The notes: generated by a model from the letters alone, not told the origin. DNA of 64,000 bases from a bacterium (GCA_965200245.1 CBDATS010000008.1:64001-128000); one strand, 5' to 3'; counted from the stretch's first letter, positions 39,678-51,366 are shown. Program-made: numbers and translations.

Positions 39678-40775
39678 CTACTTCGGCGCTGCCGCCTGGG
39701 GGGGGGTCTCCTCTGCCTGAGGCGTCTCTTTCACCGCACCGATTCCGACTGCGGCACGAACCTTGGTGTCGATTTTCGCAAAAAGATCCGCGTTTTCGCT
39801 CAGGAAACGCTTCACGTTCTCGCGCCCTTGGCCGATGCGCTCCTCTCCGTAGGAATACCACGCCCCCGTCTTGGCGACTATGCCTTTGTCGACGGCGAGG
39901 TCGAGAACGTCACCCTCCCGCGAGATGCCGCGCCCGAACATGATGTCGAACTCCGCGGTGCGGAACGGGGGCGCAAGCTTGTTTTTGACCACGCGCACCC
40001 GTGTCCTGTTGCCCACGTTGTTCTCGCCTTCCTTGATGGATGCGATACGACGGATGTCCATGCGCACGGAGGAGTAGAATTTGAGCGCGTTTCCGCCCGA
40101 TGTGGTCTCCGGGTTACCGAACATCACGCCAATCTTCATGCGAATCTGGTTGATGAAAATGAAGCACGTGTTGCTCCGGTGCACCACGCCTGTGAGCTTT
40201 CGGAGCGCTTGGCTCATAAGCCGTGCCTGAAGTCCGACGTGGTGATCCCCCATGTCTCCTTCGAGTTCCGCTTTGGGCACCAAGGCAGCCACGGAGTCGA
40301 TGACGACCACGTCGAGCGATCCGCTGCTCGTCAGAATTTCTGCTATTTCCAGAGCCTGCTCGCCCGTGTCGGGCTGGGAGACGATGAGGTTGTCCGTCTG
40401 CACTCCGAGCGCCTTGGCGTAGATCGGATCCAGCGCGTGCTCCGCATCCACGAAGGCGGCCATTCCGCCACTTCGCTGTACTTGCGCGATGATTTGAAGT
40501 GCAATGGTCGTCTTGCCGGAGGATTCGGGACCGAATATCTCCACGATGCGCCCACGCGGCACACCGCCGCAACCCAAGGCGGCGTCGAGCGATACCGAAC
40601 CCGTCGAAATGGCTGGAATCGCCTCCACGCCCGGCCCTTCGCCCAGGCGCATGATGGAACCCTTGCCGAATTGACGGTTAATCTGGTTGAAAGCCATGTC
40701 CAACGCCTTTTCACGGCGTTCGCGCCCTTTTGGATCCTCGGATTTTGAGGAAGGCGACCCGTTTTTGAGGTTCAT
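39678..40775 (-). CDS. recA: Recombinase A
   Basis: [33 protein letters not shown]. Start chosen at ATG 40775 after AAGGGAG. Confidence 0.98.
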   Translation of the reverse strand: MNLKNGSPSSKSEDPKGRERREKALDMAFNQINRQFGKGSIMRLGEGPGVEAIPAISTGSVSLDAALGCGGVPRGRIVEIFGPESSGKTTIALQIIAQVQRSGGMAAFVDAEHALDPIYAKALGVQTDNLIVSQPDTGEQALEIAEILTSSGSLDVVVIDSVAALVPKAELEGDMGDHHVGLQARLMSQALRKLTGVVHRSNTCFIFINQIRMKIGVMFGNPETTSGGNALKFYSSVRMDIRRIASIKEGENNVGNRTRVRVVKNKLAPPFRTAEFDIMFGRGISREGDVLDLAVDKGIVAKTGAWYSYGEERIGQGRENVKRFLSENADLFAKIDTKVRAAVGIGAVKETPQAEETPPQAAAPK

Positions 40776-41199
40776 CGGAAAACTCCCTTGGATGGAGGTA
40801 CCCGCACCGGTTCGCTCGATGACGGACATAGGTTGAATGTAGGGGATCGGCCCCTCTTCTGCAATGCGGCAAAAACGCCGTCACTCGCAAAAAGGCTTGC
40901 CTGGAAAAAATCCCTTTCCTTTATCTATTTATGATTCCCAAATCAGGCGACCGTTAATTTTCGCTAAATATACGTAATTATCTCTCTGAGATCAAGTATG
41001 CAAAGCTGAAATTCCCACAAAAAAGCCAATCTCCTGCAAACTCTGGCGATAAATGGGATGGTTCTTATGGAGAGTATTCCATTCAGACATACCTTTCCAG
41101 ACGCACATTACTTCTTCCTGCATAATGGAGGTTACGAGTGAATCAGAGAATACAAGCGCCAGAACTCAAGGTAACATCAGAAGACACACAACGGAGTTC

Positions 41200-41784
41200 T
41201 TATCCTGACGATCTGAAATTCACTTTTTCGAGCGCTGTATGTATGGCTCCTGAGGGATTGAGTTGACTCCTGAATAAAACCGCCTCGCGCGCGCAGAAGA
41301 TGAGAGGGGGTGTCAACCACCGTTGCTCCGCGATCGCAAGTTCTCCTTCAAACCCTGCAGGTAGGCGTTCGCGGGAACGTCGACGTGCGATCGTTAAATG
41401 TGGGAGGAATGCTCCCTTCTCGGCGGGAAATCCTGCTTCGGAAAGATAACGGGAAATATTCGCTTCGAGTTCCGCCAGAGGTTCCGGCGTTTGCGATAGA
41501 CCTACCCAGAGCACGTTAGGACGTTTGGGATGCGGGAAGACACCGAAGCGTTCCAACAAAATATCGAAAGCGCGCGCGCTTTCACCCGCGTAGCGTAGCG
41601 CATCAGTGGCGATCTCTGCCTGTTCCTCTTCAATATCACCTAGAAATCGCAGGGTGATGTGAATGTTCTGCGGCCTCGTCCAGCGAAAATCGTCGAGGGC
41701 TGGCATGGTAGCAAGTGATTCCTGAAGGGATTCAAGTAATTTGTGCTCATCCATGCTGAACGGAATCGCCAAGAACGCACGCAT
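41200..41784 (-). CDS. thpR: RNA 2',3'-cyclic phosphodiesterase (2H family)
   Basis: Two HxT motifs: HITLRF and PHLTIAR. Confidence 0.93.
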   Translation of the reverse strand: MRAFLAIPFSMDEHKLLESLQESLATMPALDDFRWTRPQNIHITLRFLGDIEEEQAEIATDALRYAGESARAFDILLERFGVFPHPKRPNVLWVGLSQTPEPLAELEANISRYLSEAGFPAEKGAFLPHLTIARRRSRERLPAGFEGELAIAEQRWLTPPLIFCAREAVLFRSQLNPSGAIHTALEKVNFRSSG

Positions 41785-41876
41785 GGAGAATCTCCCTCAC
41801 CAAGCCGACACATCTTCAGGGATGCTGGAACGCCCGCTTCACGCATGCAATGAGCACTCCCGCACAATATTAAACG

Positions 41877-42371
41877 TCAATCAGACGTTTCCAGGACATC
41901 GCGCGTCATCTCTAGGGCGGCTTGCGCCGTATGGGCCTTTACCTCCAGGCGGGTGCCTTCGAACAAGTGATGCTGGCAAATAACGCTGCAAAGCGTCGCG
42001 ACGGCCATATACACCGTGCCTACCGGTTTCTCGTCGCTTCCACCCGTGGGACCGGCAATTCCAGTGACGGATAAACCGACTTCGCTCCCTGTCACTGCTC
42101 GAACGCCTTCCGCCATCGCACGCGCGCAGGCTTCACTCACTGCTCCCGGTCCGTCGTCCCCTGGCGCCAGAATTTCTTTCGACACCCCGAGAAGCGCCAT
42201 TTTCGCCTCGTTGCTGTAAGTGATGAAACCTTGCTCGAAATATGCGGAACTACCGGAAACATCGGTAATCCGGCTTGCGATGAGACCGCCTGTACAACTC
42301 TCGGCTGTGGCAATTCGCCAGCCTTTGCCACTTAGATATTCACCAAGCCATTCCTCTATGGGTGCCGCCAT
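41877..42371 (-). CDS. pncC: CinA C-terminal / nicotinamide-nucleotide amidohydrolase
   Basis: ATAESCTGG, GSSAYF, GAVS, TGIAGPTGG..KPVGTV. Confidence 0.9.
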   Translation of the reverse strand: MAAPIEEWLGEYLSGKGWRIATAESCTGGLIASRITDVSGSSAYFEQGFITYSNEAKMALLGVSKEILAPGDDGPGAVSEACARAMAEGVRAVTGSEVGLSVTGIAGPTGGSDEKPVGTVYMAVATLCSVICQHHLFEGTRLEVKAHTAQAALEMTRDVLETSD

Positions 42372-42391
42372 TCGTCTTTGCTCCCTGAATT

Positions 42392-42862
42392 TCAGATCAG
42401 TTCCCAACGATTGAGAGGAAACAAGATTACCCAGCCGATAATTCCCGCGGCGACATCGTCTGCCACGATACCCACGCCGCCCGATAATCTTTCGAGAGTC
42501 CGGACGGGCGGCAACTTGATAATGTCAAAAAGACGAAAAAGGAAAAAGCCCGCCGCCAGAGCGATCAGGCTCGGTTCGATCCCGATGAAGCAGACGAACT
42601 GGCCCACCCATTCATCCACGACGACCTCCGGCGGGTCTTGCCGTTTCTCATTTGATTCGTATTTGCCGGACGCCCATACGGCAATAGGAAGCAGGACAAA
42701 CAAGAAAGAGATGGGCACATAGGGATTGATCTGGTAAAGCAGAAAATATGCCAGGACGGCGAGGAGAGAAGCCGCTGTACCCGGAGCAAGAGGAACCAGT
42801 CCGAGACCTCCCAGCGTGGCAACCATCCGGTGGCATGCCTCCCTGCCATTTTGATGGCTCAT
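42392..42862 (-). CDS. pgpA: Phosphatidylglycerophosphatase A
   Basis: APGTAAS, DPPEVVVDEWVG, FRLFDIIK, VADDVAAG. Confidence 0.95.
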   Translation of the reverse strand: MSHQNGREACHRMVATLGGLGLVPLAPGTAASLLAVLAYFLLYQINPYVPISFLFVLLPIAVWASGKYESNEKRQDPPEVVVDEWVGQFVCFIGIEPSLIALAAGFFLFRLFDIIKLPPVRTLERLSGGVGIVADDVAAGIIGWVILFPLNRWELI

Positions 42863-42866
42863 AGTT

Positions 42867-44048
42867 TTAGTGGTTCGTAGCGTTTCCGTTCAGACGGGCG
42901 GCGGCATACTCCCTGGCCCAACGATCAGCTTCAAGAATCGTATCCAGATCGTCCGCTTCCATAGTCTGGTGCGCCTCCAGGGTAGCCCCCACTATATCGG
43001 GTATATCCATGAATTTGGATGCTCCTGACAAGAACGAGGCGACGGCCACCTCGTTCGCCGCATTGAGTACGGCAGGTGCTGTTCCCCCTTCACGCATCGC
43101 GTCTTTGGCATGAGCGAGACAGGGAAATCGCTCCGGGTCCGACGCTTCGAACGTAAGAGAGCCGACCTGTGCCAAATCGAGTTTTGGGGCTTCGACAGGT
43201 AATTTTTCCGGTGAGAAAATAGCCTGTGCAATGGGAATCCTCATGTCGGGCATGCTCATTTGTGCCACGAAGCTCCCGTCCACGAACTCCACCATGGCAT
43301 GCACGATGCTCTGCGGGTGAACCAGAATGTCCACTTGCTCGGGCTTTAGGTTGAACAGCCATCTCGCTTCGATAATTTCAAGACCCTTGTTCATCATGGA
43401 CGCGGAATCAATCGTAATCTTGGGCCCCATCTTCCAGTTCGGGTGGTTCAGGGCTTCCTCGAGAGACACATGCTCCATCGCCTCAATCGAATGGTTCCGA
43501 AAAGGACCGCCCGATGCCGTCAGCACAATCCGATCCACTTCGGAATGAGGCCTGTCCGCAAGCGCCTGCGCCACGCCCGCGTGCTCACTATCTATGGGGA
43601 GCAATTCGACCATTTTGGAGAAAACGCGTGACGTCACGAGTTCTCCGGCCATGACAAGTACTTCTTTGTTTGCAAGTGCAATCGATGCGCCTACATCAAT
43701 AGCATTTAGCGTCGGTGGAAGTCCAACCGCACCCACCAGTGCGGAAACCACGAGGTCCGCGCCCGCACCCGCCGCCACTTCGCTCAAGCCCCGCTCGCCC
43801 GAAAGCAGCCTAGTTCCACTTGGAAGTGCGTCCATCATGCGTGCTGCGTCAGAGTCATCAGCCACAGATACAATTGCTGGCCGAAACTGTTTCGCTTGCT
43901 CAACGAGCCGTTCCCAGTTTTTTCCGGCTGCAAGCCCCACCACCTCTATTCTCTCGGGAAATTGAGCTACGACGTCAAGAGTATTTTCCCCGATACTGCC
44001 GGTGGAACCCAGTATGGCGACTTTTCGTGGTTTCATTTTCTGACCCAT
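42867..44048 (-). CDS. dxr: 1-deoxy-D-xylulose-5-phosphate reductoisomerase
   Basis: LGSTGSIG, LANKE, DSEH, TASGGPF, HPNWKMGPKITIDSA. Confidence 0.98.
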   Translation of the reverse strand: MGQKMKPRKVAILGSTGSIGENTLDVVAQFPERIEVVGLAAGKNWERLVEQAKQFRPAIVSVADDSDAARMMDALPSGTRLLSGERGLSEVAAGAGADLVVSALVGAVGLPPTLNAIDVGASIALANKEVLVMAGELVTSRVFSKMVELLPIDSEHAGVAQALADRPHSEVDRIVLTASGGPFRNHSIEAMEHVSLEEALNHPNWKMGPKITIDSASMMNKGLEIIEARWLFNLKPEQVDILVHPQSIVHAMVEFVDGSFVAQMSMPDMRIPIAQAIFSPEKLPVEAPKLDLAQVGSLTFEASDPERFPCLAHAKDAMREGGTAPAVLNAANEVAVASFLSGASKFMDIPDIVGATLEAHQTMEADDLDTILEADRWAREYAAARLNGNATNH

Positions 44049-44065
44049 TCCCGATGTGCGTTGCC

Positions 44066-44857
44066 TTAGAACCCAATCCAGTACAAGTAACCATAAAATG
44101 CGGGACCCGCCATTAGCAAACCATCAATTCTGTCGAGTAAACCTCCATGGCCCGGAATAATGTCGGATGCGTTCTTTTTCCCGGCTGCACGTTTCAAGAT
44201 CGATTCACCTAAATCCCCTGTGAGCGCGAAAAACCCGATACATCCTGAAACGGGAATCGCGAGCCACTGGTCGGCTCCGGGAACGTCCATATACTGCGTC
44301 GTGAGGACGCCGGCAAGGACGCCTGCGACGATGCCCCCGATAGATCCTTCCACCGTTTTGCCTGGGCTGATTCTCGGCGCCAATTTGGTTTTCCCCAGTG
44401 TCTTACCGGTAATCATGGCTACGATATCATTCGCCCAGACGACAACAAACAAAAAAAAGGTCGTTTCTATGCCACTCGGTAGTGTTCTGAGAAGGGAGAT
44501 TAAACCGCCGGCACCTCCCACCCAAATCACGCAGAGAAACGACATGCCCGTCAAAGAAAGGCTTTCCCGAAAGGTCTCTACTGAAAATGCCTTGAGAAAG
44601 ACACGAAACAAAATCACTGCCGGAACCAGGACCGGCAAAACCCCGCCCACCCACACAGCCAACACAAAAGCACAGGCATCCAGGGCACCTTCCCATGCTC
44701 TCACGCGCCACCCGCACAGGTTGACCAAAGTCTGGAATTCCCAGCCTGCACGAAAAACAAGCAGAAGCACTACACTGAAAAACACAACCGGGGGAGCAAA
44801 AAACAGGACAGCGAGAATGGGCACCGCAAGCAACAGGGCACTGACAAGACGGGTCAA
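44066..44857 (-). CDS. cdsA: Phosphatidate cytidylyltransferase
   Basis: ISPGKTVEG, GDLGESILKR, IPGHGGLLDRID. Confidence 0.95.
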   Translation of the reverse strand: MTRLVSALLLAVPILAVLFFAPPVVFFSVVLLLVFRAGWEFQTLVNLCGWRVRAWEGALDACAFVLAVWVGGVLPVLVPAVILFRVFLKAFSVETFRESLSLTGMSFLCVIWVGGAGGLISLLRTLPSGIETTFFLFVVVWANDIVAMITGKTLGKTKLAPRISPGKTVEGSIGGIVAGVLAGVLTTQYMDVPGADQWLAIPVSGCIGFFALTGDLGESILKRAAGKKNASDIIPGHGGLLDRIDGLLMAGPAFYGYLYWIGF

Positions 44858-44860
44858 AAC

Positions 44861-45619
44861 CTAATTTCTCCGAGTCGTAAATTGCTCCTCGGTGAGACCG
44901 AATTTCCGCACACGGGACTGATACGCAAGAATGGCATCCTCGAGTTCACGTTCTCCGAATTCCGGCCACTTGATCTCGGTGAAATACAGTTCCGCATACG
45001 CCGCCTGCCAGAGGAGATAGTTCGAAAGCCTGAGTTCACCGCTGGTCCGGATCAGAAGGTCGAGCGTTGGCAAATCCGCTGTATAGAGATGGCGTTCGAT
45101 GTCGCTCTCATCGATTTCCTCAGGTTGAAGAACTCCTTTTTGAATTTCTCTGGAAATAGCCCGAGCAGCGTCGGTGATTTCGCGTCGCGCTCCATAGCTG
45201 AGAGCCAGGGTCAGGACCATCCCATCTTCACCCGCCGTTTCTTCCTTGACGCGCTGAACGATTTCGCGCGCGAACAGGGGCAGATCCTCTTCGTGGCCGA
45301 TCGTATTGAAACGGATTCCCTCGCGGAGCATCCTTTGAAGTTCGTGCTGGAGGTAGTCGGCCAGGATGTCCATGAGGGCGTCCACTTCTTCTTTGGGTCT
45401 ATTCCAATTCTCCAGAGAGAAGCTGTAGAGGGTGAGGGCTTTGACGCCGATGCGACGCGCATGCGCCACCACCTTGTCGACGGACTTCACGCCCTCGCGA
45501 TGACCGGCGACGCGGGGGAGAAATCGTTGTTGGGCCCAGCGGCCGTTTCCATCCATGATAATGCCGATATGGTCGGGAAGTCGTTCGAGATCAAGGCGTG
45601 GGTCGATGCGAGGTTCCAT
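44861..45619 (-). CDS. uppS: Undecaprenyl diphosphate synthase
   Basis: HIGIIMDGNGRWA, FSLENWNRP, IRTSGELRLSNYLLWQ. Confidence 0.97.
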   Translation of the reverse strand: MEPRIDPRLDLERLPDHIGIIMDGNGRWAQQRFLPRVAGHREGVKSVDKVVAHARRIGVKALTLYSFSLENWNRPKEEVDALMDILADYLQHELQRMLREGIRFNTIGHEEDLPLFAREIVQRVKEETAGEDGMVLTLALSYGARREITDAARAISREIQKGVLQPEEIDESDIERHLYTADLPTLDLLIRTSGELRLSNYLLWQAAYAELYFTEIKWPEFGERELEDAILAYQSRVRKFGLTEEQFTTRRN

Positions 45620-45635
45620 ACGCACTCCGGAAAAA

Positions 45636-46190
45636 CTAGACCTCCAGAATCTCTTTCTCTTTGACCGAGAGCAAGCCGTCCAATTCGGAGACGAACTGAT
45701 CGGTGATATTTTGAACGTCGCCTTGTCCTTTCCTGAGATCATCTTCCGTAATCTCTTTGTTCTTCTGAAGGTTTTTTATACCTTCATTGCCATCGCGCCG
45801 AATGTTGCGGAGCGCGACCTTGTGTTCCTCGGTCATCTTCTTGAGCAACTTCACCATCTCCCTGCGACGTTCCTCGGTGAGCGCTGGCACAGGCACGCGG
45901 ATGATCTTGCCGTCGTTCGATGGATTGAGACCCAACTCCGCCGATTGAATCGCCTTTTCGATGTCGCCCAGGGAATTGATGTCGAATGGTTGAACGATAA
46001 TGAGTTGGGGTTCGGGCACGTTTAGCGTGGCAAGCTGGTTCAGGGGCGTAGGGGCTCCATAGTAGCCGACCATCACTCCGCTGATGAGGTTCGTGGAAGC
46101 GCGCCCGGTCCGCACGCGGGCGATCTCGGTCTTGTATGATTCCACTGTGGATTGCATTTTTTTTCGTAACGCATCAAGAACCTCATCCAT
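45636..46190 (-). CDS. frr: Ribosome recycling factor
   Basis: RTGRAS, LGLNPSNDG, LTEERR, RNIRRD. Confidence 0.98.
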   Translation of the reverse strand: MDEVLDALRKKMQSTVESYKTEIARVRTGRASTNLISGVMVGYYGAPTPLNQLATLNVPEPQLIIVQPFDINSLGDIEKAIQSAELGLNPSNDGKIIRVPVPALTEERRREMVKLLKKMTEEHKVALRNIRRDGNEGIKNLQKNKEITEDDLRKGQGDVQNITDQFVSELDGLLSVKEKEILEV

Positions 46191-46285
46191 GGACCTTCTC
46201 TCCCTCTTGGAAGTCCAAAATAATCATTGTGCATCCTTCATGTAAACTTCTCGCCCGCCGAATGCAGGCAACTGGCAGTGCCTCA

Positions 46286-47020
46286 TCATGCCTCGGCCGC
46301 CTTCACCAAAGTCCCCACCTTCTTTCCTTCCACCACACGGCGGATGTTGTCGGGCTTAAGCAAGTTAAAGACTATAATGGGCAAACTGTTGTCCATACAC
46401 AAGCTGACGGCGGTGGTGTCCATGACGGCAAGTTGGCGATTGAGCACCTCGATATACGTCAACCGGTCTATGAACTCGGCCGTTTCGTCCCGGTTGGGAT
46501 CTGCGGAGAACACGCCATCCACGTTCGTGGCCTTGAGGATGCACTCGGCACCCACCTCAATGGCCCTGAGACTTGCGGTGGTATCCGTCGTGAAGTAGGG
46601 ATTCCCAGTGCCGCCGGCGAAAATGACAACCCGGCCTTTTTCCATGTGGCGAATCGCGCGTCTTCTGATGTAGGACTCACACAGTTCCGCCATGTGGATG
46701 GCGCTCTGGACGCGCGTGGCGAGGTCTACTTTTTCGAGCGCGTGTTGAAGTGCCAGAGCGTTGATGACCGTGCCCAGCATGCCCATGTAGTCGGCGTTGG
46801 TGCGTTCCATTCCCGCCTCGGCGGCTGCCGCACCCCGAAAAATGTTCCCGCCGCCCACCACGATGGCGACTTCGACACCCATCTGGTGGATTTCTTTGAT
46901 TTCCTGCGCTATGTCGTCAACAACGTTGTGGTCAATCCCGTATTTCAGTTCCCCCCCCAGGGCTTCTCCTGAGAGTTTGAGTAGGATCCTCTTGAATCGC
47001 AGGTCGCCGTGCATGGACAT
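46286..47020 (-). CDS. pyrH: UMP kinase
   Basis: [31 protein letters not shown]. Confidence 0.98.
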   Translation of the reverse strand: MSMHGDLRFKRILLKLSGEALGGELKYGIDHNVVDDIAQEIKEIHQMGVEVAIVVGGGNIFRGAAAAEAGMERTNADYMGMLGTVINALALQHALEKVDLATRVQSAIHMAELCESYIRRRAIRHMEKGRVVIFAGGTGNPYFTTDTTASLRAIEVGAECILKATNVDGVFSADPNRDETAEFIDRLTYIEVLNRQLAVMDTTAVSLCMDNSLPIIVFNLLKPDNIRRVVEGKKVGTLVKAAEA

Positions 47021-47076
47021 CCCCGGAAATTTCAAGCCAATGACAGCGGGCGGCGCGAATGTAGCGTCAGCGGGGC

Positions 47077-47946
47077 TTACCCTTCACCCGACGCGGAAAG
47101 CTCTCCGAGTTGAAAGCGCGACCAGGAAGAAACCTTGATTTCCTCTCCCAATTCCGCGCTCTTGTCTTTGAGATATGCCTGAACCGTCTTGTCGGTATCC
47201 TTGACGAACTCTTGATCGAGCAGGCAAATCTCTTTTTTGTATTTATTGATGCGGCCTTCGACAATTTTCTCCAGAATGTTCTCTGGCTTTCCGGAATCCT
47301 TCTGCTGGGCAAGAAGAATTTCGCGCTCACTTTGAAGAACAACTTCCGGAATCTGTTCTTCGGACAAGAACTGGGGACTGCTTGCAGCGATGTGCATCGC
47401 CAAATCGCGCGCTGTTTCATCAAATGCGGAATTTCCCGCTTTCTCGGAAGTTTCACAACCTACCGCAAGCAAAACGCCGATTCGTCCACCCGGGTGGATA
47501 TAGGAAACCACCTTGCCAGATTCGCCGTCTCCCAAGGTGAGGCGCTCCCCGCGGGCGACGACGATGTTCTCGCCCAGCTTGGCGATGGCCTCAGTTGTCA
47601 CCTCCTTCAGCGCATCGGCGAGATCATCTCCCCCATTATTCTTCACGTGGCCGGCGACGGTTTCGAGGAGCGCATGAAAATCCTCCGTGCGGGCCACGAA
47701 ATCCGTCTCGCAGTTCACTTCGACTATGGCACCCGTGCGGCCGTCTTCACCGAGAGAAGCGTATACCTGTCCCTCGCTCGCCGCGCGCGCCGCCTTTTTG
47801 GCGGCGCTGGAAAGTCCTTTTTCACGCAAATAGCGAACCGCCTCATCAAAATTCCCTTCGTTCTGCTTGAGGGCTTCCTTGCAATCCATGATTCCTGCAC
47901 CAGTGCGCGTTCTTAATTCCTTGACCATTTGAGCGGTTACTTCCAT
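47077..47946 (-). CDS. tsf: Elongation factor Ts
   Basis: [32 protein letters not shown]. Confidence 0.98.
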   Translation of the reverse strand: MEVTAQMVKELRTRTGAGIMDCKEALKQNEGNFDEAVRYLREKGLSSAAKKAARAASEGQVYASLGEDGRTGAIVEVNCETDFVARTEDFHALLETVAGHVKNNGGDDLADALKEVTTEAIAKLGENIVVARGERLTLGDGESGKVVSYIHPGGRIGVLLAVGCETSEKAGNSAFDETARDLAMHIAASSPQFLSEEQIPEVVLQSEREILLAQQKDSGKPENILEKIVEGRINKYKKEICLLDQEFVKDTDKTVQAYLKDKSAELGEEIKVSSWSRFQLGELSASGEG

Positions 47947-48001
47947 GCTCTTCGCTTCTCCTCATGAAATCCGGCTATTGATGAAAAAATGGTTGTAATT
48001 C

Positions 48002-48787
48002 TTACGTCTTCGTTCCCTTGCCGCTCGCCGCCGCCATTATCTCAGCCGCCACCGCGTCGCCCGAGGCAACTACGGCTTCGACATCTTCGGCTCCCGTTTC
48101 CTTCCGCAAGGTTACGCCCTCGGCGATGGCCTCTGCCACACGCGACACAAAGAAGCGAATCGAACGCAAGGCGTCATCGTTGCCGGGCAATAAATAATCT
48201 ACCCCGTCGGGGTCGGAATTCGTGTCTACGACCGCGATGACGGGAATCCCCAACTTTCTGGCCTCGCGAATTGCGTTGTACTCATGACCCGTGTCGATGA
48301 CGAACATGGCTTGTGGCAGGTTGTCCATATGCTTGATGCCGCCTAGAAATTTCTCAAGCCGCGCCATGCCCTTTTCACGCCTGACCGCTTCCTTTTTTGC
48401 CAGGAGTTCGAAGGTTCCGTCGTTCTTCATCGCTTCCAGATCGAGGAGGCGCGAAATGGAATTCTTGATCGTTGAGAAATTCGTTAGAGTTCCGCCGAGC
48501 CATCGCTGGGTGACGTAGGGCATCCCCACCTTGCGGGCCTCTTCCCTGACGATCTCCTGGGCCTGTTGCTTCGTACCCACAAAAAGCACTTTCCCGCCCT
48601 TCGCGGCGATATCGCGAATCACCTCCCGGGCCGTGTTGAACAATTTGAGGGTTTTTTGAAGATCGATGATGTAAATCCCGTTTCGAGCGCCAAAAATATA
48701 AGGGCGCATCTTGGGATTCCATCGGATAGTTTTGTGCCCGAAGTGGGCACCGGCTTCCAATAACTCGCGCAGTGTAATCGGATTCAC
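48002..48787 (-). CDS. rpsB: 30S ribosomal protein S2
   Basis: [32 protein letters not shown] start after AAGGAG. Confidence 0.98.
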   Translation of the reverse strand: MNPITLRELLEAGAHFGHKTIRWNPKMRPYIFGARNGIYIIDLQKTLKLFNTAREVIRDIAAKGGKVLFVGTKQQAQEIVREEARKVGMPYVTQRWLGGTLTNFSTIKNSISRLLDLEAMKNDGTFELLAKKEAVRREKGMARLEKFLGGIKHMDNLPQAMFVIDTGHEYNAIREARKLGIPVIAVVDTNSDPDGVDYLLPGNDDALRSIRFFVSRVAEAIAEGVTLRKETGAEDVEAVVASGDAVAAEIMAAASGKGTKT

Positions 48788-48789
48788 GG

Positions 48790-48945
48790 GAACGCTCCTT
48801 TTGCCCCGCCTTTCATCGAGGGGGGCCCTGCCGACCACATGGCGGATGAGGCCGAATTTTTAAACAATTGTTTTTATTTGAGTAATTCGCTGAGCAGTTC
48901 CACCGCCCCGGCGTCCGCCACTGCTCGGCGCATGGAATGTCTCAC
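48790..48945 (-). promoter_or_regulatory. Structured rpsB 5' leader (probable S2 autoregulatory element)
   Basis: About 160-nt untranslated leader with a GAGCAGT/ACTGCTC stem (48892-48926) and a GC-rich hairpin next to the RBS. Confidence 0.45.
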
Positions 48946-48983
48946 AGGACCACTTACGATTCAAGTCGACGAATCAAAAGGGC

Positions 48984-50198
48984 TCAAGTCTTGTAATCCG
49001 CGTTGAAACGCACGTATTCTGCGCTCAGATCCGTCGTCCAGAAGACCGCCTCCGCCTCGCCGACCCCCAAGCCCAGTTCGAGCCCGTATTCGGACTGTTT
49101 GAGCAAGGGAGCCAAGGCTTCGGCCCACCCCGGGACGGGCGCGCCGTCGCGCATCACTTCCACGCTCTCGAATCTTAGCGACATCTTCTCGGGTGCCAAC
49201 TCTGCGCCGCTATATCCGGCAGCTGCGAACATCCGGCCCCAGTTGGGCATCTCGCCATGAATGGCAGTTTTCACCAGCAGGCTCTCGGAAACCGACTTCG
49301 CGGCCAGATGCGCCTGATCCCTGTTGGCAGCGCCAGTTATTTTAACCTCCACTACCTTGTTCACCCCCTCTCCATCACGAACGATGGCCAAGGCCAGTTC
49401 CCTGCAAACCCGGTAAAGCCCCGCCTCGAACCTACCCAGAACTTCCGCCGATTCGAGTGCCACGCCGGTTGCACCCGTGGAGGCCAAAATTACCGTGTCG
49501 TTAGTGGAAGTATCGCCATCGATCGTCACGCAGTTGAATGTCTTGTGCACGACGGCCCGGAGGATGTTCTGGAGGTCTCCTTGCGGAACCAAGGCGTCAG
49601 TGGCGATATAGGCAAGCATCGTAGCCATGTCGGGGGCGATCATACCGGCCCCTTTGGCGATGCCGCCGATGTGGTAGGAACCCTCGGGTCCACTCACCCG
49701 CACAGCGTACTCCTTGGGTCGCGTGTCGGTCGTCATGATACCGACCGCCGCCTCTTTGCCGTTATCTGGGGAAAGGCCGGACACCAGATTAGTGATCTGG
49801 GCCTTCATGATATCGATCGGAAGCGGAGCGCCGATGAGTCCGGTGGAAGACATGGCGACCTGTGTTTCCGGGCAGTCGAACGCGTCTGCCACCTCGTCGC
49901 ACAGGTGCACGGCGTCTCGATAACCCTGCTCGCCCGTACAGGCGTTCGCATTGCCGCTATTGACGAGAAACGCCCGCAAAGGGTTTTTTCCGACCCGTTC
50001 CCTGCACAGGGAGACAGGAGCGGCGCACATCTTGTTTCGGGTGTAGACGCCCGCGGCCGTGGCCGGTGGGTCGAAGGCGAGTAGCACCATATCCGGTTTG
50101 CCGGAAGGCTTGATTCCTGCTGTCACCGAAGCGGCTAGAACACCTTCGGCCGCACAAACGCCGCCCTCAATCGCCAGCATGAATTCTTGTTCGCTCAC
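48984..50198 (-). CDS. argJ: Bifunctional ornithine acetyltransferase
   Basis: NSGNANACTG, IMTTDT, AKGAGMIAPDMATML, DGDTSTND, DGEG. Confidence 0.97.
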   Translation of the reverse strand: MSEQEFMLAIEGGVCAAEGVLAASVTAGIKPSGKPDMVLLAFDPPATAAGVYTRNKMCAAPVSLCRERVGKNPLRAFLVNSGNANACTGEQGYRDAVHLCDEVADAFDCPETQVAMSSTGLIGAPLPIDIMKAQITNLVSGLSPDNGKEAAVGIMTTDTRPKEYAVRVSGPEGSYHIGGIAKGAGMIAPDMATMLAYIATDALVPQGDLQNILRAVVHKTFNCVTIDGDTSTNDTVILASTGATGVALESAEVLGRFEAGLYRVCRELALAIVRDGEGVNKVVEVKITGAANRDQAHLAAKSVSESLLVKTAIHGEMPNWGRMFAAAGYSGAELAPEKMSLRFESVEVMRDGAPVPGWAEALAPLLKQSEYGLELGLGVGEAEAVFWTTDLSAEYVRFNADYKT

Positions 50199-50221
50199 AT
50201 CCAAAACCCCTTCTTTTTTGC

Positions 50222-51259
50222 TCACACCCAAAGTCCTGGGTGAAGCAGACCTTGCGCTTCGGGGAGCCCCAGCATCAGGTTCATGTTCTGTACCGCCGCT
50301 CCCGATGCGCCTTTCACCAAGTTGTCTATCGCTGCAACAATGATGAAGCGAGAGGTGCGCTCATCGTATGTCAGGCCGATGTCCACATAGTTCGAGCCGG
50401 CCACCTGCGTCACATTTGGAAACGTGCCCTCGGGCATCAAGCGGATGAACGGCTCATTTGCATAGGCGTCGTGCAGCGCCGCCCGGACCGCCGAGGCGTC
50501 GGCGCCACCTTTTCCTTTAGTGTAGATGGTCGAGAGTATCCCCCGGGTCATGGGCGCCAGATGTGGTGTGAAGGAAACTCGCAAGGTCTCGCCAAGTGCG
50601 GCGGACAACTCCTGCTCGATCTCGGGCGTATGGCGATGATTCCCCACACCATAGGCCTTGAAACCCTCGTTCACCTCGCTGAACTGAATACTCAAATCCG
50701 CTTTTCTTCCTGCACCCGAAACACCGGATTTTGCATCCACGATGATGGAATCCGGCTTGATGAGTCCCGCCCTCAAAAGCGGGGTCAGGGCGAGAATCGC
50801 CCCCGTAGGGTAACAACCTGGGTTCGCTACGAGGCGCGCTATTTTGATCTCCTCACGATACAACTCGGGCATTCCGTAGACGGCGTCCTTTATCCTTTCT
50901 GGCGAAGAGTGTTCTGTCTTGTACCAGGCCTCATAGATGCCAAAATCCCGCAAGCGGTAGTCGGCAGAAAAATCCACCACACGGTGACCAGCGCCCAGCA
51001 AGGAAGGCACGGTGCTCATCGCCACTCGATGCGGCAGACAGCAGAACACAAGGTCGGCTCCCTCGCAGACGGATAGCTCGAACTTCATAAGCGAGCCGCC
51101 GTGCACGGAAACCAAAGCCGGGAATACCTCGCCCACCGTCTTGCCGGCATAAGTCTCGGACGTGAAGGCCATCACCTCCACGCCCCCGTGGGAACCAAGG
51201 AGCCGCAACAACTCGAAACCCGTGTATCCCGTGGCACCCACCACGGCGATTTTCGACAT
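50222..51259 (-). CDS. argC: N-acetyl-gamma-glutamyl-phosphate reductase
   Basis: GATGYTG, ANPGCYPT, SGVSGAG, HRHTPEI, DNLVKGASG. Confidence 0.98.
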   Translation of the reverse strand: MSKIAVVGATGYTGFELLRLLGSHGGVEVMAFTSETYAGKTVGEVFPALVSVHGGSLMKFELSVCEGADLVFCCLPHRVAMSTVPSLLGAGHRVVDFSADYRLRDFGIYEAWYKTEHSSPERIKDAVYGMPELYREEIKIARLVANPGCYPTGAILALTPLLRAGLIKPDSIIVDAKSGVSGAGRKADLSIQFSEVNEGFKAYGVGNHRHTPEIEQELSAALGETLRVSFTPHLAPMTRGILSTIYTKGKGGADASAVRAALHDAYANEPFIRLMPEGTFPNVTQVAGSNYVDIGLTYDERTSRFIIVAAIDNLVKGASGAAVQNMNLMLGLPEAQGLLHPGLWV

Positions 51260-51340
51260 CTCCTTATCCTCCAGAATCCTCGCTCACTCGCATCAAAACT
51301 CACTCGGAGCGTACGTTCGCTACAACCTGTTTTTTCGCAC

Positions 51341-51366
51341 AAAAAAGGGCCGGCAAAGCCAGCCCC
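51341..51366 (-). terminator. Rho-independent terminator after rplM-rpsI
   Basis: Minus strand GGGCTGGC-TTT-GCCGGCCC-TTTTTT. Confidence 0.7.

Noticed and set aside
40830-41200. AT-rich recA upstream region as an SOS box or ncRNA
   Set aside because: I could not identify a known LexA palindrome or a convincing RNA fold by eye.
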